Shown piece after piece: positions 60,146 through 64,000 of a stretch of 64,000 nt of DNA (its first letter is position 1; each line of letters begins with the position of its first letter). The notes under the pieces are model-generated. The model was not told the DNA's origin. It worked only from the letters and a program-made list of their open reading frames with translations, and searched no databases. The DNA is from Hydrurus foetidus. Lineage: Eukaryota. The position numbers and the translations under genes are program-made. Location of the stretch: assembly GCA_900617105.1 (NCBI GenBank), contig UYFQ01000162.1, positions 1 through 64,000 of the forward strand. The letters are read 5' to 3'.

Positions 60146-61479
60146 GTCATTATATGAGACCAATATGGATTAGTCATCGTAATTGTAGAATTTATCGATT
60201 GCTTCCCCGGCCCCTACCCTAGAGTTATTTCCAAGGGGTCGAATGGGATGGAACCACGGACAGGATCCTGGACCGGGTTTTGGACTGGACATTGGACCCC
60301 ACCCCCCGACCAGACACTACGACTAAATATATGGGACCCCTACTACATTTTCACTGAAATTCAGTTGCTTAAATTAGATTTCTCGCTCAACATGACTCCT
60401 TGCATCTAACTTACTGAAATAGCATCAATTATGAGGATTGATGATATCAAATATAATGTGCACTTAGAACGATATACAAGGTATGAAAACATACGTTCAG
60501 TACATCGCAATACTACTCTGAGGAGACAAAAAGACAAAACATATCATGCGCAATCAAATATATCTGTGCAGTATTTAAACGCTATCTGTCGCAAGCATTT
60601 AAAAGTTAGGAAATTGTTTGTACTCCATCAAATATTTCACACCGCTATGGGATTTTCTCAAAAATATCTGATACCAGATGATTTAGAATAAATTCGACAC
60701 CCATCAGAAATAGTCTGTCACTCCGTGTAAATAGTATGAGAAAATGAGGAGTTAAATTAGGTTGAATTGAATTCTTTTCGAACACATTCCAGATGTTGAC
60801 TCAAGTTCCATATTGGTCATTATATGAGACCAATATGGATTAGTCATCGTAATTGAAGAATTCATCGATTGCTTCCCCGGCCCCTACCCTAGAGTCATTT
60901 CCAAGGGGTCGAATGGGATGGAACCACGGACAGAATCCTGGACCGGGTTTTGGACTGGACACTGGACCCACCCCCCGACCAGACACTACGACTAAATATA
61001 TGGGACCCCTACTACATTTTCACTGAAATTCAGTTGCTTAAATTAGATTTCGCGCTCAACATGACTCCTTGCATCTAACTTACTGAAATAGCATCAATTA
61101 TGATGATTGATGGTATCAAATATAATGCGCATTTAGAACGATATACAAGGTATGAAAACATACGTTCAGTACATCGCAATACTACTCTGAGGAGACAAAA
61201 AGGACAAAAACATATCATGCGCAATCAAATACATCTGTGCAGTATTTAAAAGCTGTCTTTCCTAAGCATTTAAAAGTTAGGAAACTTCTTGTACTCCATC
61301 AAATATTTCACACCGCTATGGGATTTTCTCAAAAATATCTGATACCAGATGATTTAGAATAAATTCTACACCCATCAGAAATAGTCTGTCACTCCGTGTA
61401 AATAGTCTGAGAAAATGAGGAGTTAAATTAGGTTGAATTGAAACTTTTCGAACACATTCCAGATGTTGACTCAAGTTCC
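60146..61479. repeat. Tandem duplication, 670-bp period, 2 copies
   Basis: 60146-60809 is repeated at 60816-61479 with scattered substitutions and small indels. Confidence 0.95.
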
Positions 61480-61585
61480 TCTGTGTGTGGGCTTGTGTGT
61501 GTTACATGTCAGGAGAAAACTGTTGCATCAGCTGTCTGCTCTGGGGGATGGTGGAATTTAAGATTCCTAATGCTTTTAGTAGACG

Positions 61586-64000
61586 TCACTTCGCCCCTCT
61601 GTCCCTAGCACTCACTAACCCTCTTGAACTGTTACCGCCACCATTATTTGCATTGTCACTTCCACTATTGAAGCCATTATTACGGCGACCACTAGCACCA
61701 GTGCTAGAGCCACCACCATTGCCACTACTACGGGGATGAATAGCCGCCTCTACAGTAAACTTACGGTGTACAGGAGAAACCTCCTGTGCAACACCCGTAA
61801 TATTTACCTTCCCCCTATTTCTATCCCCAGAGGGACCTGATTCTACCCGAAGTCCAAGGTCTGGATCTTGGGTCGAAATACTGGAATTTGAGCGTTTTTT
61901 AATCAGGGTTTGTAGACGTGCTGCTTTTGTTTTTTCGGTATGCACTAGATGTTGGAGTTCTTCGAGTTCTAAATCTTTGGCAGACATATCTGATTTTATC
62001 TGAAAGAAATGAAGAAAATAAACGAAAATGAGGAAATGGGTGAGTGTTGGAATAAACGGAATAAATTTGGATAGTTGGGAATCAATTTTTCAGTAAGATG
62101 TTAGCGAGAGATTGGAAGAACAGCGAGATGCATCAGTGATAAAATAAGGCAAACAAGTAAGCAAAACGACAAGTTAGCAAGGAATAGTCTGAGTAGTTAT
62201 TTTACTTTACAATAAACAACGTTAATTAAGTTCAGATTATTGTCTTTCTAGCATTTATATATAAGGTCACATGTGCGCAATACATGACGGACGCATGCAT
62301 GCACATCCAATAGGGCGAACAGCAATTTGAATGCGGAAGTCACATTCGCTTACAGATATATCTTATATAGCATCTAATGCCTCTCAAACATAACAAGCAG
62401 TACTACCTCTCGATCCAACTCGTCAAGGCGGGTATCTCTCTCCCTCTCCAAACTTTTCAATTCTTCTTGACACGCTATTTCGGCAATCTCATCTTCTCTC
62501 AGTATTCCTTTTAAAGCATCGAGCATTTCTCGCTCCTAAAGAGAGGAAAATAAATTTTTGTCAGGTAATTTATTTAGCAGGAGAAAAAGTATTGAACGGT
62601 TTCACATTGACACTAATTATCATTCATTTCTATCACATATACATGTATCCTTTCCCACCTTCTGTTGAATGTTTTGTTTGCGTGTGTTTGTCTGCCTGTC
62701 CATCCTGCCTTCCAGTTCCTTTGCTTTCAGGTTTACCGTGTCTATCGCCCCCCGGTAAGTTTCTATTTCCCGCCTAATTTCCCTCAAACTCTCGGAAGAT
62801 CTGAAAATTGAGTAAATTTTGATGAGGGAAAAAATTGATAAATCGAGAAATGAACATTTGGAAATTAGTGAAGTTGTAATGTGACGTCGTGTTGAAGTTT
62901 TGGTAGGAAGGTGCACGTATTTAGACGGCAATTTAAAGAATTTAAAGACGATATTTAACATTCAAATTATGATGAATTGTCAGCCATGAAAGAGAATAAC
63001 GGAATAAAGGATTGAATAATTTGGTTTTCAAGTCAGTAAATAAATAAGTAAACACATACATATACAAATAAACAAATAAACAAACACATAAATAAATGAA
63101 TGAATGAATGAATGAATGAATGAATGAATGAATGAATGAATGAATGAATGAATGAATAAGTGAATGAATGAATAAATAAATAAGAGATCTGCACGGATGT
63201 GGTAGTTGACATCGCATGCACTTACCGTGAGTTACGGCTGTTCTGTTCTTTTAAATCCAAGAGCAATTGTTCTTTTTCAAGTACGCACGATGACATTTCT
63301 TCGGTAAACGCCCTAGGAAGAGAAAACATTCTAAAGAGTTAGGAGGGTTTCAGTTGATTGTTTTGCAGGATCATGTTCAAATTAAATAGTACGTTACATT
63401 GCTGATTTTAATTGCAGCAATCGCCATAACGTTAGCTTGCTATAATAATTCAAAGCCACATAGCTGTGGTAGAGATGAATTTATAGGAGTTTACGATGGC
63501 ATCTAATAAATAGCAGCAGAAGTATTTGTCCAGTATTTGCCACCTTTGTTTTCGTTGAAACACTTCAAGTTCTTTATTGCGGGCGCAAACGCTCTGCGCT
63601 TTTTCCTCCTCATTCTTAGCTCGCAATAATCTCTCCATCTTCACCTGTAAATTACAAACAGTTAATCATCATGCACAATTCATGAATAGAATTAGTCAGG
63701 CATAGAAGCCATAAGTACAATCAGATATTCTGATATTGCATCTAATACACCATTTCATTTAACAGTCTAGATATAGCTCTCTAAATAAATTCAATGCTGA
63801 TTCCAAAAAATAGCAGTCGGTGCGATTCAGCCGGTTACGATATAATAAATGATAAATAACGTCTCCCGTAAAACGTTGCACACAGTGCATCTCTTCTAGA
63901 AAATAACATCGAATAGTAATTGACTTACCGTCTCCAATTGCAATTGTCTGATTTCGCTTTGTATTCTTTTGTCTCGTTCAGCCAATAAATTGAAGTCAGC
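61586..64000 (-). CDS. 3' part of a multi-exon coiled-coil protein (starts right of the window)
   Basis: E/K/R/L-rich exons bounded by GT-AG at ~63543-63644, 63226-63313, 62660-62801, 62407-62536 and 61586-62000. Confidence 0.7.
63096..63156. repeat. (ATGA)n microsatellite
   Basis: About 15 perfect tetramer units in an intron. Confidence 0.95.

Noticed and set aside
60431..60691. 86-aa ORF within the tandem duplication
   Set aside because: No motifs, and the frame is broken by indels in the second copy.

Overview
Intron-rich eukaryotic DNA, probably from a flagellated protist such as a stramenopile (inferred from the gene set and GT-AG introns, not proven). Bases 1-12.4 kb are a four-layer nest of LTR retrotransposons. 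A degenerate Copia integrase fragment was hit by a chromodomain Gypsy element, which was hit by a Copia element, which was in turn hit in its integrase by a near-identical copy. This Copia family has a CCCH zinc finger and a large unrecognised domain in its polyprotein. The rest holds host genes: NUP43-like WD40, SPRY-SPRY-ankyrin, NudC, MKS1, a SAM methyltransferase, RPC9, an unknown helical protein, peptidase C69, a four-repeat winged-helix-like/SAM protein, head-to-head DBP7 and ROK1 helicases, a bacterial-like haloacid dehalogenase and a coiled-coil gene. The most novel signal is in the peptidase C69 introns: three related box C/D-like RNAs with variant boxes (RUGACGA / CCGA), a shared hairpin and complementarity to one 18S rRNA segment, plus H/ACA-like candidates. 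Several single-base frameshifts may be assembly errors. All homology calls come from motif recognition; no searches were run.
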